A DNA stretch of 64,000 nt from an uncultured Methanosarcinaceae archaeon (lineage in GTDB: Archaea; Halobacteriota; Methanosarcinia; Methanosarcinales; Methanosarcinaceae). The position numbers were made by a program, and so were the translations under genes. The number at the start of each line of letters is the position of its first letter. Position 1 is the stretch's first letter. The notes beneath the pieces are model-generated. The model searched no databases, was not told where the DNA came from, and saw only the letters and a program-made list of their open reading frames with translations. The stretch lies in contig CAVRJG010000056.1 of NCBI GenBank assembly GCA_963721455.1, positions 1-64,000 on the forward strand. Reading direction: 5' to 3'. This document shows, piece after piece, positions 31,530-43,648 of the stretch.

Positions 31530-33607
31530 TTTGAATTGTATAAAGAAAACAGAGGCATGAAGCCCATTTATACATTATAACATGTATGCTTCTGTCAAAT
31601 TAGGGTTTGAACCGGATAATCTGAGAGGGGAGACAAAACGGTTAATTGAAAAGATTAAACAGGGAGAAAGGATTCACCACTACGAAACTTTACGGTTAAA
31701 AAAGGATGGTACAGTAATAAATATTTCAATAACTCTTTCACCGGTTTTTGACACATCTGGAAAGCTTGTGGCAATCTCAACCATTACCAGAGATATTACT
31801 GAGCGCAAGAAGGCAGAAGAAGCTCTCAGACTGTCAAATATGTATAATCGAAGCCTGATTGAATCCAGTTTGGACCCTCTAGTAACCATCGGAACTGATG
31901 GTAAAATTACGGATGTGAACGGTGCTACAGAACTGGTTACCGGATATTCCAGAAAAGAGTTGACTGGAACTGATTTTTCAGATTATTTCACTGAGCCTGA
32001 AAAAGCCAGAACAGGATACCAGCAGGTATTCATACATGGCGAAGTTCGGGATTATCCACTAGAAATTCGGCATAAGGATGGACACATAACTCCTGTTTTA
32101 TATAATGCTTCAGTTTACAAAGACGAAGCTGGCAAAGTTATTGGTATTTTTGCTGCAGCACATGATATCACTGAGCGTAAAAAAGCAGAAGAATTTATGG
32201 CAAACCTCGAGACTGCCCGCCTGAAAGAAATCCATCATCGAATTAAGAACAACCTGCAGGTTATCTCTTCCCTTTTGGATCTTCAGGCTGAAAAGTTCAA
32301 CAACAGAGAATGTTTAGAGGATTCAGAAGTGCTTGAAGCCTTCAGGGAAAGCCAGGACAGAGTAGCATCCATTGCCCTGATCCACGAAGAACTATATGAA
32401 GGTGAAGGAACCGATACTCTGAATTTTTCACTATACCTGCAGAAGCTTGTTGAAAACTTTTTCCAGACATACAGATTTGGAAATACATATAATACATATA
32501 TCAGTTTAGACATGGATCTCGAGGAGAAAGTTCTCTTTGATATGGACACTGCAGTCCCATTAGGAATAATTGTTAATGAACTTGTCTCCAATTCCTTCAA
32601 ATATGCATTTCCAGGGAGAGACAGAGGAGAAATCCAGATTAAACTCTCCAGGGAAGGAAATGGCCAATGTGAAAATAACGGTATAGGAAGCAAAATCGAA
32701 GTGTGTAAAAGTACCAGTTATACTCTGACCGTTTCAGATAATGGAGTGGGTATACCTCAAAGCGTTAATATAAAAGATTCCGATACTCTTGGCATACAAT
32801 TGGTAACTATTCTGGCAGACCAGTTAGATGGCGAACTTGAATTAAAAAGAGATTCTGGAACCGAATTCGTTATAAGATTCGCAGTACAAGAAAAACAGTA
32901 AGAGATTTCTTTAAGGGAAGTTTTTTGGAAGTGTATTTGTCTCTTATTTAGCTCTTATTTATCTCTTATATTTTGAGACAGCTGACCCCAAAATACAATA
33001 TGAAATACAAAAGCCACGGAAAATGAGTAAACACGTAATTTTTCCATGTTTCTCTGATGGGAAATTAAAGTGTGGATATTTATATTCAAAATTGCGTGGG
33101 ATATTTATATTTGAAACTGTAAGTTCACTTATAAATTTCCAAAAATTACTTAATTTATAAGATTTACTTAAGTTCCCAGGAATTTAAACCTGCTTCTGAT
33201 AAATAATGCTTTATTTTTGGAAAACGATGCTTTATTTTTGGAGAGGAGGTCTGGCGGGAAATCGGGGCGTTATTCAAAATCGGGGCAAAATTTTCCGTTT
33301 ACCCGAATCTGTGGAGTAAATGACCTGTATTTTCAGGCTTACTTTTAAAAAAGTGAAAATTATTGTACATATATCTTTCCGGCAGAATAGGAAAAATATA
33401 TGTATAAATTCAACACACAATAAAGAAATTTAGGTTACCCTCAAAGGAATTCCAGGATAAAAAGTCGCATCACCATAAACTATTTATAGAATAGCTATAA
33501 TTAGAGGGTTGCACCGGTGTGAGAGGTGCTCCCTGATGCAGCGGGGCAGCAGGGTGAAATGCAAAAAATCTCCAGGGTGCGAAAAAACATAGATGGAGAA
33601 AACAACT

Positions 33608-33684
33608 GGGCCCGTAGCTCAGTCAGGCAGAGCGACTGGCTTTTAACCAGTCGGCCTAGGGTTCAAATCCCTACGGGCCCGCCA
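33608..33684 (+). tRNA. tRNA-Lys(UUU)
   Basis: GGGCCCG acceptor stem, TAGCTCAG D-arm, anticodon loop CTTTTAA, GGTTCAAATCC T-arm and encoded CCA. Confidence 0.97.
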
Positions 33685-33770
33685 TGTTCTTAATTATACT
33701 CGGCGGAAAGGCCATTCGCGGGAAATGTCTGGCCAAGTTTTTTGAATGCTTTATTTTTGGAGGAAAGGAT

Positions 33771-34007
33771 TTGACAAAGTTCAGCCTGCTCGACCATGAG
33801 TCGGTCCCTAAACATGAAATCATGCCTGAGGGCGAGTTAAAGTCTGTTTTAAGCAAGTATTCCATTGAGAAGGAACAACTTCCGAAAATCAAAGTGCAGG
33901 ATCCTGTTAGTAAAGAAATCGGAGCTGTTATCGGAGATGTAGTGAAAATCACAAGGAAAAGTCAAACTGCCGGGGAGGCAGCGTATTACAGACTTGTGAT
34001 CGAGTAA
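33771..34007 (+). CDS. rpoH: RNA polymerase subunit H (Rpo5)
   Basis: HESVPKHE..QLPKI..DPV..GDVVKITRKS; TTG start after GGAGG. Confidence 0.95.
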   Translation: MTKFSLLDHESVPKHEIMPEGELKSVLSKYSIEKEQLPKIKVQDPVSKEIGAVIGDVVKITRKSQTAGEAAYYRLVIE

Positions 34008-34164
34008 GCGAAGGGGAGTAAACCGCTTGCATGATCTGATATTCTTCACGGAACATCTTTTTGAATTCCATGCACCATCGTACGGAAATATTCAACGACT
34101 GGACACAGATCTGAAGATCATAGCTTATTGATTTTCATTTTAATAAAGCAAAGAGGGTGCTATC

Positions 34165-35814
34165 ATCGCGTTAGAAAGTAGTATACTGTCGCAGGCTTAT
34201 TTTACACGGGACAAGATAGTGCAGCACCATATAGACTCGTTTAACAAGTTTATAGATTACGGGCTGCAAAAAATCATAGACGAACAGAGGATAATAGAGA
34301 CTGACATTGAGGACACATACCTCAAACTCGGGAAGATCCGGGTAGAACATCCTGTAGTAAAGGAGGCAGACGGGGCAATCGAAAAGCTTTACCCCAACGA
34401 GGGAAGGCTTAGAAACCTCTCGTACTCAGGCCCTCTCTATCTTGAGATGAGCGTAGTAAAAGAGGGAATCGAGTCCGATGTAATTGAAGCAAAGATAGGG
34501 CAGCTTCCAATTATGATCAAGTCCAAAATCTGCAATCTTCTCGGACTCAGTGATACTGAAAAAGTTCGGTATGGGGAAGACCCTCTTGACCCAGGGGGAT
34601 ATTTCATTATCGGCGGCACCGAAAGGGTAGTCATGACCCTTGAAGACCTCGCCCCTAACAAGATTCTTGTAGAGTATGGCGAACGATATGGCGATTCCAT
34701 TGAAGTTGCAAAAGTTTTCTCCCAGAAGCGAGGGTACAGGGCACTCGTAATCGTAGAAAGAGGCAGAAAGTCCCTTCTCGAGGTTTCCTTCCCTTCGATC
34801 TCAGGAAGAGTATTTTTTATTACCCTTATGAGGGCTCTTGGAATTGTAACTGATGAGGATATCGTAAACGCAGTTTCAAGTGATCCTGAAATTATCAAGT
34901 TCATGCTGGAAAACCTGGAAGAAGCCGAGGTCGAGACCCAGGAAGAAGCAATCGAAAAGATCGGTGCAAGGGTCGCTGCAGGGCAGGCCAAGGAATACCA
35001 GATAAAAAGAGCAAACTACGTCATTGACAGATACCTTTTCCCGCATCTTGGAAACGATATGAGGGACAGGATCTCGAAGGCTCACTTCCTGGCAAGAATG
35101 GCTGAGTCCTGTTTCGAGCTTGCACTTGGCAAGCGCTCTGAAGACGACAAAGACCACTATGCAAACAAAAGGCTGAAGCTCGCAGGAGACCTGATGGAAG
35201 ATCTCTTCAGGGTATCTTTCAACAGGCTGGCAAGAGACATAAAATACCAGCTCGAGCGCGCAAACATGAGGAACAGGGAACTGAACGTCGCCACAATAGT
35301 AAGGGCAGACGTCCTGACTGACCGCCTTCAGCACCCTCTGGCAACCGGAAACTGGGTTGGGGGGAGAACAGGTGTGTCTCAACTCCTGGACAGAAACGAC
35401 TATATTTCTACTCTTTCCCACCTGCGCCGTGTAATTTCTCCCCTTTCCCGCGCCCAGCCCCATTTTGAAGCTAGAGACCTGCATGCAACCCAGTGGGGAA
35501 GGCTCTGTCCTTCGGAAACCCCTGAAGGTCCGAATTGTGGCCTGGTGAAAAACTTTGCCGAGATGGTTGAGCTTTCCACAGGCATAGAAGAGACCGAAAG
35601 CATGAAGAAAATACTCTACAACCTGAATGTCGAGCGTGTGGTTGTAAAGGTGCCAGAAATCCCGGCTCGAATAAAAGAAATTTTACTCGACGAGTTCGGA
35701 GAAGAAATCGTTGAGGAGTTTGAAGAAACTCCGGAAGCCGAAACCAAATACAAAGATGAGGAATTCTACGATTATTCAGATATGAACGATGCCGAATCAA
35801 CGTTCGGTGATTAA
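34165..35814 (+). CDS. rpoB2: RNA polymerase subunit B'' (start uncertain; first canonical start at 34219)
   Basis: [31 protein letters not shown]. Confidence 0.95.
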   Translation: MALESSILSQAYFTRDKIVQHHIDSFNKFIDYGLQKIIDEQRIIETDIEDTYLKLGKIRVEHPVVKEADGAIEKLYPNEGRLRNLSYSGPLYLEMSVVKEGIESDVIEAKIGQLPIMIKSKICNLLGLSDTEKVRYGEDPLDPGGYFIIGGTERVVMTLEDLAPNKILVEYGERYGDSIEVAKVFSQKRGYRALVIVERGRKSLLEVSFPSISGRVFFITLMRALGIVTDEDIVNAVSSDPEIIKFMLENLEEAEVETQEEAIEKIGARVAAGQAKEYQIKRANYVIDRYLFPHLGNDMRDRISKAHFLARMAESCFELALGKRSEDDKDHYANKRLKLAGDLMEDLFRVSFNRLARDIKYQLERANMRNRELNVATIVRADVLTDRLQHPLATGNWVGGRTGVSQLLDRNDYISTLSHLRRVISPLSRAQPHFEARDLHATQWGRLCPSETPEGPNCGLVKNFAEMVELSTGIEETESMKKILYNLNVERVVVKVPEIPARIKEILLDEFGEEIVEEFEETPEAETKYKDEEFYDYSDMNDAESTFGD

Positions 35815-35828
35815 GGGGTCGATGCCAG

Positions 35829-37643
35829 ATGACTAAAGCAAAAGTATTCATAAACGGGGAGCTTGTCGGAACCCATGATAACCCTACGGAACTCGCGAGC
35901 GAGCTCCGAAAAATGAGGCGGCAGGGGTTCATATCCAGACAGGTCAACATAGCTCTTAATGACAACACCAGGGAAATAATCATAAACTCCGACATGGGCA
36001 GAGCAAGAAGACCCCTCTTAGTAGTGGAAAACGGAGCGCTTCGTGTAACAGAAGAGCACATACGGAAACTGAAAAACAAAGAAATCAGCTATGAAGACAT
36101 CGTAAAAGAAGGCTGTGTGGAGTATCTGGACGCCGAAGAGGAAGAAAATGCTTACATTGCCCTCTACGAAGCTGATATTACCACCAGGCATACTCACATG
36201 GAGATTGATCCTGAACTTATGCTTGGAATTTGCACAGGTATGGTTCCTTACCCGGAACACAATGCATCTCCGCGTAATACCATGGGCGCAGCCATGATCA
36301 AGCAGTGTATCGGAGTTTCTACAGCAAACCAGAAGCTCAGACCCGATACCCGTGCCCATGTTCTTCACTACCCACAGAAGGCGCTCACCAGGACAAGAAC
36401 CTCTGAAGCAATAGGTTTTGATGAGAGGCCAGCAGGCCAGAACTTCGTGGTCGCAATCCTGTCCTATGAAGGGTATAACATTGAAGATGCCCTGATTTTC
36501 AACAATGGTTCAATCGAAAGAGGGCTTGGAAGAAGCCACTTCCTCAGAACCTTCGAGGGAGAAGAAAGAAGGTATCCGGGAGGGCAGGAAGACAAGTTCG
36601 AGATTCCCGACTCCGAGTTTCGTGGAGCCCGCAGTGCTGACGCATATGCGAACCTGGACATCGACGGGCTTGTAAACCCTGAAACCCCGGTTGGCCCTAA
36701 CGACGTGCTGATCGGAAAGACCAGTCCCCCGAGGTTCCTTGAAGAACCGACCGACTTCGGGATTGCAGTAGAGCAGAGAAGAGAAAGCTCAATCACTATG
36801 CGGTCCAATGAGACAGGGATTGTGGATACTGTAATTCTAACAGAATCAATTAATGGAACCCGTCTTGCCAAAGTAAAGGTAAGAGATGAAAGGATTCCTG
36901 ACATAGGGGACAAATTCGCTTCCAGGCACGGGCAAAAAGGAGTTATCGGGCTGAAAGTCCCGATTGCGGATATGCCTTTTACGGATTCCGGACTGACTCC
37001 GGACCTGATGATTAACCCGCACGCAATTCCTTCCCGTATGACTGTAGGGCACGTCCTGGAAATGATCGGCGGAAAAGTAGGTTCCATGGAAGGCAGAAGA
37101 GTAAACGCAACAGCCTTCTCCGGAGAAAAAGAAGACGACCTCAGGGAAGCCCTGAAAAAGCACGGCTTTGCCCATACCGGAAAAGAGATTTTCTATGATG
37201 GAGCAACAGGCAGGATGATCCCTGCAGATGTTTTCGTTGGTGTTATCCTTTACCAGAAACTGCACCACATGGTTACCTCCAAGATGCATGCCAGGTCTCG
37301 CGGGCCTGTACAGGTGCTTACCCGCCAGCCGACTGAAGGTCGAGCCAGAGAAGGTGGTCTCAGGTTCGGAGAAATGGAGCGTGATGTGCTGGTAGGGCAC
37401 GGAGCTGCCATGTCGTTAAAAGAGAGGTTGCTGGACGAGTCGGACAAGGTTGTAGAACTTGTCTGCTCTCACTGCGGAATGATTGCAACGTATGACAAGC
37501 AGCGGAAAGTATCTTTCTGCTCCGCCTGCGGTGCTGACACGGATATTTACCCCGTAGAGATGAGCTACGCATTCAAGCTGCTGCTGGACGAAATCAAATC
37601 CCTGGGAGTTGCTCCAAGGCTTAATCTTGAAGATGCGGTGTGA
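35829..37643 (+). CDS. rpoB1: RNA polymerase subunit B'
   Basis: [30 protein letters not shown]. Confidence 0.97.
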   Translation: MTKAKVFINGELVGTHDNPTELASELRKMRRQGFISRQVNIALNDNTREIIINSDMGRARRPLLVVENGALRVTEEHIRKLKNKEISYEDIVKEGCVEYLDAEEEENAYIALYEADITTRHTHMEIDPELMLGICTGMVPYPEHNASPRNTMGAAMIKQCIGVSTANQKLRPDTRAHVLHYPQKALTRTRTSEAIGFDERPAGQNFVVAILSYEGYNIEDALIFNNGSIERGLGRSHFLRTFEGEERRYPGGQEDKFEIPDSEFRGARSADAYANLDIDGLVNPETPVGPNDVLIGKTSPPRFLEEPTDFGIAVEQRRESSITMRSNETGIVDTVILTESINGTRLAKVKVRDERIPDIGDKFASRHGQKGVIGLKVPIADMPFTDSGLTPDLMINPHAIPSRMTVGHVLEMIGGKVGSMEGRRVNATAFSGEKEDDLREALKKHGFAHTGKEIFYDGATGRMIPADVFVGVILYQKLHHMVTSKMHARSRGPVQVLTRQPTEGRAREGGLRFGEMERDVLVGHGAAMSLKERLLDESDKVVELVCSHCGMIATYDKQRKVSFCSACGADTDIYPVEMSYAFKLLLDEIKSLGVAPRLNLEDAV

Positions 37644-37651
37644 GGTGGAAG

Positions 37652-40294
37652 ATGGCAAATGTACCCCCTATTCCGAAAAGAATTTCTTCAATTAAATTCG
37701 GTTTACTGTCCCCAAAAGAAATCCGTAAGATGAGTTCAACGCCCATTATCACGGCTGACACTTACGATGACGACGGATTTCCAATTGATATGGGACTTAT
37801 GGACACAAAACTCGGGGTTATTGACCCCGGGCTTCGCTGCAAGACCTGTTCCGGAAGGGCAGGTGAGTGCCCGGGACACTTCGGGCACATTGAACTTGTC
37901 GCCCCTGTAGTCCACGTTGGCTTTAACAAAGTAATCAGAAAACTCCTTCGGGCAACCTGTAGAAAGTGCAGCAAGATCCTGCTTGAACCTGCACAAAAAC
38001 AGAAGTTCCTGGGCCAGCTTGTAGGCATCGGGGAAATCGGACATATGCCCGATGACCTTATCAACGAGGCTTATAAGGAAGCCAGTAAAGTAAAGGTCTG
38101 TCCTTACTGTAACGAGGAACAGCTCGATATCAAATTCGAAAAACCCACTGAATATCTCGAAAACGGGGAGAAATTGACCCCGACCGAGATAAGGGACCGT
38201 TTTGAGAATATCCCTGACGAGGACATAACAGTCATCGGAATGGACCCGAAGAATGCGAGGCCTGAGTGGATGATCCTTACCGTCCTTCCCGTGCCTCCTG
38301 TAACGGTTCGTCCTTCCATTACTCTTGAATCCGGGCAGCGCAGTGAAGATGACCTGACCCACAAGCTGGTAGATATCATCAGGATCAACCAGCGCTTCCA
38401 GGAAAACAGGGAAGCTGGCGCCCCTCAGCTCATTATTGAGGACCTCTGGGAACTCCTTCAGTATCACGTTACTACATTCTTTGACAACTCAGTCTCAGGG
38501 ATACCTCCTGCAAGGCATAGGTCAGGCAGACCCTTAAAGACCCTTTCCCAGCGTTTAAAGGGTAAGGAAGGGCGTTTCAGAGGGAGCCTGTCTGGTAAAC
38601 GTGTTAATTTCTCTGCCCGTACAGTAATTTCTCCTGATCCCAACCTGAGCATTAATGAGGTAGGGGTTCCGATGCCCATCGCACGGATCCTGACAATGCC
38701 ATGCGTGGTAACGCCAAGGAATATAGAACAGCTTAAGGTTTATGTGCGCAATGGCGTGGATATCCATCCCGGAGCAAACTATGTACTGCGTTCTGACGAC
38801 AGGCGCATAAAAGTTACCAATGTAAACAAAGACGACCTTGCCGAAAAGCTGGAGTTCGGATGGCTGGTGGAGCGCCAGTTGAAGGATGGAGATATTGTAC
38901 TCTTTAACAGGCAGCCGTCCCTGCACAAGATGAGTATTATGGCTCATTCTGTTAAGGTGCTTCCAAACAAGACCTTCAGGCTGAACCCTGCAGTATGCCC
39001 TCCATACAACGCCGACTTTGACGGGGACGAAATGAACATGCACGCCCTTCAGACAGAAGAGTCCAGGGCTGAGGCAAAGATCCTCATGCGAGTTCAGGAA
39101 AATATTCTCTCCCCGCGTTTCGGAGGTCCCATTATAGGCGGGATCCATGACCACATTTCAGGGCTTTTCCTGCTGACCCGTCTCGAAAATCACATTTCCG
39201 GCCACGATGCTTACGACATCCTCCGGAAGAGCAGCGCCCGTACCCTGCCTACGCCTGCGGGTCACGATGAGGACGGAAAGCCCTACTGGACTGGAAAGCA
39301 GATCTTCAGCCAGATTCTGCCAAAAAACCTGAGTGTAGAGTTTACAGCCCAGGTCTGCTCGCACTGTGACACCTGCAAGAAAGAAGGGTGCCCGAACGAT
39401 GCCTATGTGGTGATCCGGAATGGTGAACTCATTATGGGCACTATAGACGAAGCTGCGATAGGAGCATTTAAAGGCAAAATCCAGGACCGTATTATCAAGG
39501 AGATCGGTCCCGAAGCCGGAGCTAACTTCATAGACGACATGACCAAGCTTGCAATCAGAGCAATCATGCGGACAGGCCTGAGTTTCGGAATAGCTGACGA
39601 AGATATCCCGAGAGAAGCCAGGATCCAGATTAATGAAGTCCTCGGTAAAGCTGAAGAAGCCGTGCAGAACCTTATCAAATCTTATCAGAATAAAGAGCTT
39701 GAATCCCTCCCTGGCAGGACCCTTGATGAAACAATTGAAATGAGCATCATGCAGAAGCTCGGGAAGGCCAGAGACGAGACCGGTGGCATTGCAGACAGCC
39801 ACATGGGGCTTGAGAATTCGGCAGTTATCATGGCCCGCTCCGGAGCCAGAGGTTCCATTCTGAACCTTACCCAGATGGCAGCCTGTGTTGGCCAGCAGGC
39901 AGTGCGTGGTGAACGTATCCGCAGAGGATATGCAGGCAGAACTCTGCCCCATTTCGAAGTGGGAGACCTCGGATCGGATGCCCATGGATTCGTGAAGGCA
40001 AGCTACAAGAGCGGATTGAATCCGACCGAATATTTCTTCCACGCAATCGGTGGCAGAGAAGGGCTTGTGGACACTGCGGTCAGGACATCCCAGTCAGGGT
40101 ACCTGCAGAGGAGGCTTGTCAATGCCCTCCAGGATCTGGAAGTCCAGTATGACCTTACTGTCAGGGATACCAGAGGCGTGCTCGTACAGTTCAAGTACGG
40201 AGAAGACGGGATCAATCCCACGAAAAGTGACTTTAGCAAGCCTGAGACGATCCACAGGATCGTCCGTTCGGTTGTGAACAAAGAGGTGGCCTGA
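37652..40294 (+). CDS. rpoA1: RNA polymerase subunit A'
   Basis: CPGHFGHIEL and the catalytic NADFDGD motif. Confidence 0.97.
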   Translation: MANVPPIPKRISSIKFGLLSPKEIRKMSSTPIITADTYDDDGFPIDMGLMDTKLGVIDPGLRCKTCSGRAGECPGHFGHIELVAPVVHVGFNKVIRKLLRATCRKCSKILLEPAQKQKFLGQLVGIGEIGHMPDDLINEAYKEASKVKVCPYCNEEQLDIKFEKPTEYLENGEKLTPTEIRDRFENIPDEDITVIGMDPKNARPEWMILTVLPVPPVTVRPSITLESGQRSEDDLTHKLVDIIRINQRFQENREAGAPQLIIEDLWELLQYHVTTFFDNSVSGIPPARHRSGRPLKTLSQRLKGKEGRFRGSLSGKRVNFSARTVISPDPNLSINEVGVPMPIARILTMPCVVTPRNIEQLKVYVRNGVDIHPGANYVLRSDDRRIKVTNVNKDDLAEKLEFGWLVERQLKDGDIVLFNRQPSLHKMSIMAHSVKVLPNKTFRLNPAVCPPYNADFDGDEMNMHALQTEESRAEAKILMRVQENILSPRFGGPIIGGIHDHISGLFLLTRLENHISGHDAYDILRKSSARTLPTPAGHDEDGKPYWTGKQIFSQILPKNLSVEFTAQVCSHCDTCKKEGCPNDAYVVIRNGELIMGTIDEAAIGAFKGKIQDRIIKEIGPEAGANFIDDMTKLAIRAIMRTGLSFGIADEDIPREARIQINEVLGKAEEAVQNLIKSYQNKELESLPGRTLDETIEMSIMQKLGKARDETGGIADSHMGLENSAVIMARSGARGSILNLTQMAACVGQQAVRGERIRRGYAGRTLPHFEVGDLGSDAHGFVKASYKSGLNPTEYFFHAIGGREGLVDTAVRTSQSGYLQRRLVNALQDLEVQYDLTVRDTRGVLVQFKYGEDGINPTKSDFSKPETIHRIVRSVVNKEVA

Positions 40295-41487
40295 TGAGTA
40301 TCAGCGAAGCTACAATCGATAGCATGATAAAAGACCTGCCTTTTCCTTCGAATACTCTTAACGCTCTCAAGGAAGATGTTATCAAAGCCGGAGTAAGCAA
40401 GAAGGAAATGGAAGAGATCATAGAAAAGGTAATGGAAGAGTATGAGGTGTCATGCATCGAACCCTGCGACGCTGCAGGTGTTATTGCAGCCCAGTCCATA
40501 GGGGAACCAGGCACCCAGATGACCATGCGTACCTTCCACTATGCCGGTGTGGCTGAGATTAACGTTACTCTCGGTCTGCCCCGCCTTATAGAAATCGTGG
40601 ATGCCCGGAAAATTCCGAGCACTCCGATGATGACAATTGCCCTCTCCAAAGAGAACCCTGATGATTATGCTTACAACAGGGAAAAGACAAGAGCTCTTGC
40701 CTGGGAAATTGAAGCGACCAAAATAGACCACATTGCTGACGTGACCACTGACCTTTCCCAGATGAAGCTGATCATCGACCTGCACGAAAAAGCAATGGAA
40801 GGCAGGAACATCACTATTGAACAGGTAAAGGAGAAGTTCAACGAAGAACTGAACGTGCTGGTCACTATTTCCCCTGATATAGATAACCAGATTATCATCG
40901 CCCCGGGAGAGCAATCTTACAGGGAACTCCTCCAGCTTGCGAAAAGTATCCACAATGTCACCATGAAAGGGATAGAAGGGATCAAGCGAGTGGTGGTCAG
41001 GAAAGAAGGTGAGGAGTACACCCTCTATACCGAAGGCTCGGCTCTGCGTGAAGTGCTTCAGTTCGAAGGAGTGGACAGGACAAGAACCAGCACAAACAAT
41101 GTCAATGAAATATACGAAGTTCTGGGAGTCGAGGCTGCAAGAAATGCACTTATCAAGGAAGCCACAGATACCCTGCGTGAACAGGGTCTTACCGTGGATA
41201 TTCGGCACATTATGCTTGTGTCAGATCTCATGACCTGCGACGGAGAAGTAAAACAAATAGGAAGACACGGAATCTCAGGTGAAAAGGCAAGTGTATTTGC
41301 ACGTGCGGCTTTCGAAGTGACTGTCAATCACCTGCTGGATGCAGGGATGCGCGGAGATGTGGACAAGCTGGAGGGCGTTACCGAGAATATCATTGTCGGT
41401 CAACCTATCCGCATGGGTACCGGCGACGTTCACCTTGTAAGTAGAAGGAAACAAGAAATCAAAGCAGAGGATGAGTCAGGGCTTTAA
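40294..41487 (+). CDS. rpoA2: RNA polymerase subunit A''
   Basis: AQSIGEPGTQMTMRTFH, GLPRLIE, GVTENIIVGQ. Confidence 0.97.
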   Translation: MSISEATIDSMIKDLPFPSNTLNALKEDVIKAGVSKKEMEEIIEKVMEEYEVSCIEPCDAAGVIAAQSIGEPGTQMTMRTFHYAGVAEINVTLGLPRLIEIVDARKIPSTPMMTIALSKENPDDYAYNREKTRALAWEIEATKIDHIADVTTDLSQMKLIIDLHEKAMEGRNITIEQVKEKFNEELNVLVTISPDIDNQIIIAPGEQSYRELLQLAKSIHNVTMKGIEGIKRVVVRKEGEEYTLYTEGSALREVLQFEGVDRTRTSTNNVNEIYEVLGVEAARNALIKEATDTLREQGLTVDIRHIMLVSDLMTCDGEVKQIGRHGISGEKASVFARAAFEVTVNHLLDAGMRGDVDKLEGVTENIIVGQPIRMGTGDVHLVSRRKQEIKAEDESGL

Positions 41488-41718
41488 GGCAAAATCCCTG
41501 AATTCAACCTATAATTATTTAAATGTATAGCCTGATAGAAGACCAGTTCAGATCAGGTATATATTACCTTTATGAAACTTATCAAATCCTGTTGCAGAAA
41601 CTTGAGTCCGCGGGGCTCATAACCAGAAAATAGATATAAGGCATCAGGTATTTAGAGTACCATATATTCACCGAGCTTGGAAATCTTTATTGAGAAAGAT
41701 ATAGAGTAGACGAGCTAA

Positions 41719-42030
<312 letters not shown>

Positions 42031-42050
42031 TAAAAGGAGTTGGCAACGTC

Positions 42051-42476
42051 TTGGGTGAAATAAGACTTACTGCAGAAAGCATCCAGTACATTGCATTATT
42101 TGAAAATATGACACGAGCCAAGATTCTCGACTGCATTCCGGAAGAGGAAAGGCTCGTATATGTCGTAAAGCAGGGTGATATGGGGCTTGCAATAGGCAAA
42201 AATGGGGAGAATATAAACCGTGTTAAAAAAGCCCTGGACAAACCTATAGAGCTTGTGGAATATTCAGAAGACCCTGTCACCTTTCTAAAGAACGCCTTCG
42301 GACCTGTGTCCGTGAGTTCGGCGAACATTATAAACAAAAATGGCAAGCGATTGGCTTATGTAGAGGTACCAAATAAAGAGAAGGGGCTTGCCATCGGTCG
42401 CAGCGGCAAGAACATCGAAAAAGTAAAGATGCTTGCCCGTCGCCATCACAATATAGAAGATGTAATCCTGCAGTAA
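42051..42476 (+). CDS. nusA: Archaeal NusA (KH domains)
   Basis: GLAIGKNGENI and GLAIGRSGKNI KH motifs; conserved operon position. Confidence 0.93.
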   Translation: MGEIRLTAESIQYIALFENMTRAKILDCIPEEERLVYVVKQGDMGLAIGKNGENINRVKKALDKPIELVEYSEDPVTFLKNAFGPVSVSSANIINKNGKRLAYVEVPNKEKGLAIGRSGKNIEKVKMLARRHHNIEDVILQ

Positions 42477-42554
42477 TCTACCTTAATTTACGTTGATCCA
42501 TTAATCCGGCGTTGAAGGACAATCTGGCATCTAATGCCTTATAGGAAACTGTGA

Positions 42555-43576
<1,022 letters not shown>

Positions 43577-43648
43577 TCGCTTATACGGGCTTGCCCGATT
43601 TAAAAAGTCATTATATAACGAGATTACATTTGTTTAAAAGGTATTAGC

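Larger units (their letters stand above)
29656..31605. mobile_element. ~196-bp MITE (outer element) with 6-bp target duplication
   Basis: Perfect 15-bp TIR CCCTAATTTGACAGA / TCTGTCAAATTAGGG; TTTGAA at 29650-55 and 31606-11. Confidence 0.9.
27292..32901 (+). pseudogene. MEDS-multi-PAS-HisKA_2/HATPase sensor histidine kinase, interrupted by nested elements
   Basis: MEDS (WGTHFCQFY), several PAS/PAC domains, and KEIHHRIKNNLQ, NELVSNSFKYAF, DNGVG. Removing 29656-31611 restores STFE-PDNLRGE in frame. Confidence 0.92.

Noticed and set aside
33530-33575. Hammerhead ribozyme (CTGATG..GAAA)
   Set aside because: The core reads CUGAUGC rather than CUGAUGA, and stem II cannot form in the required register.
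33608-33684. tRNA-Lys as integration site for the upstream accessory block
   Set aside because: I found no duplicated tRNA end and no integrase in the window.
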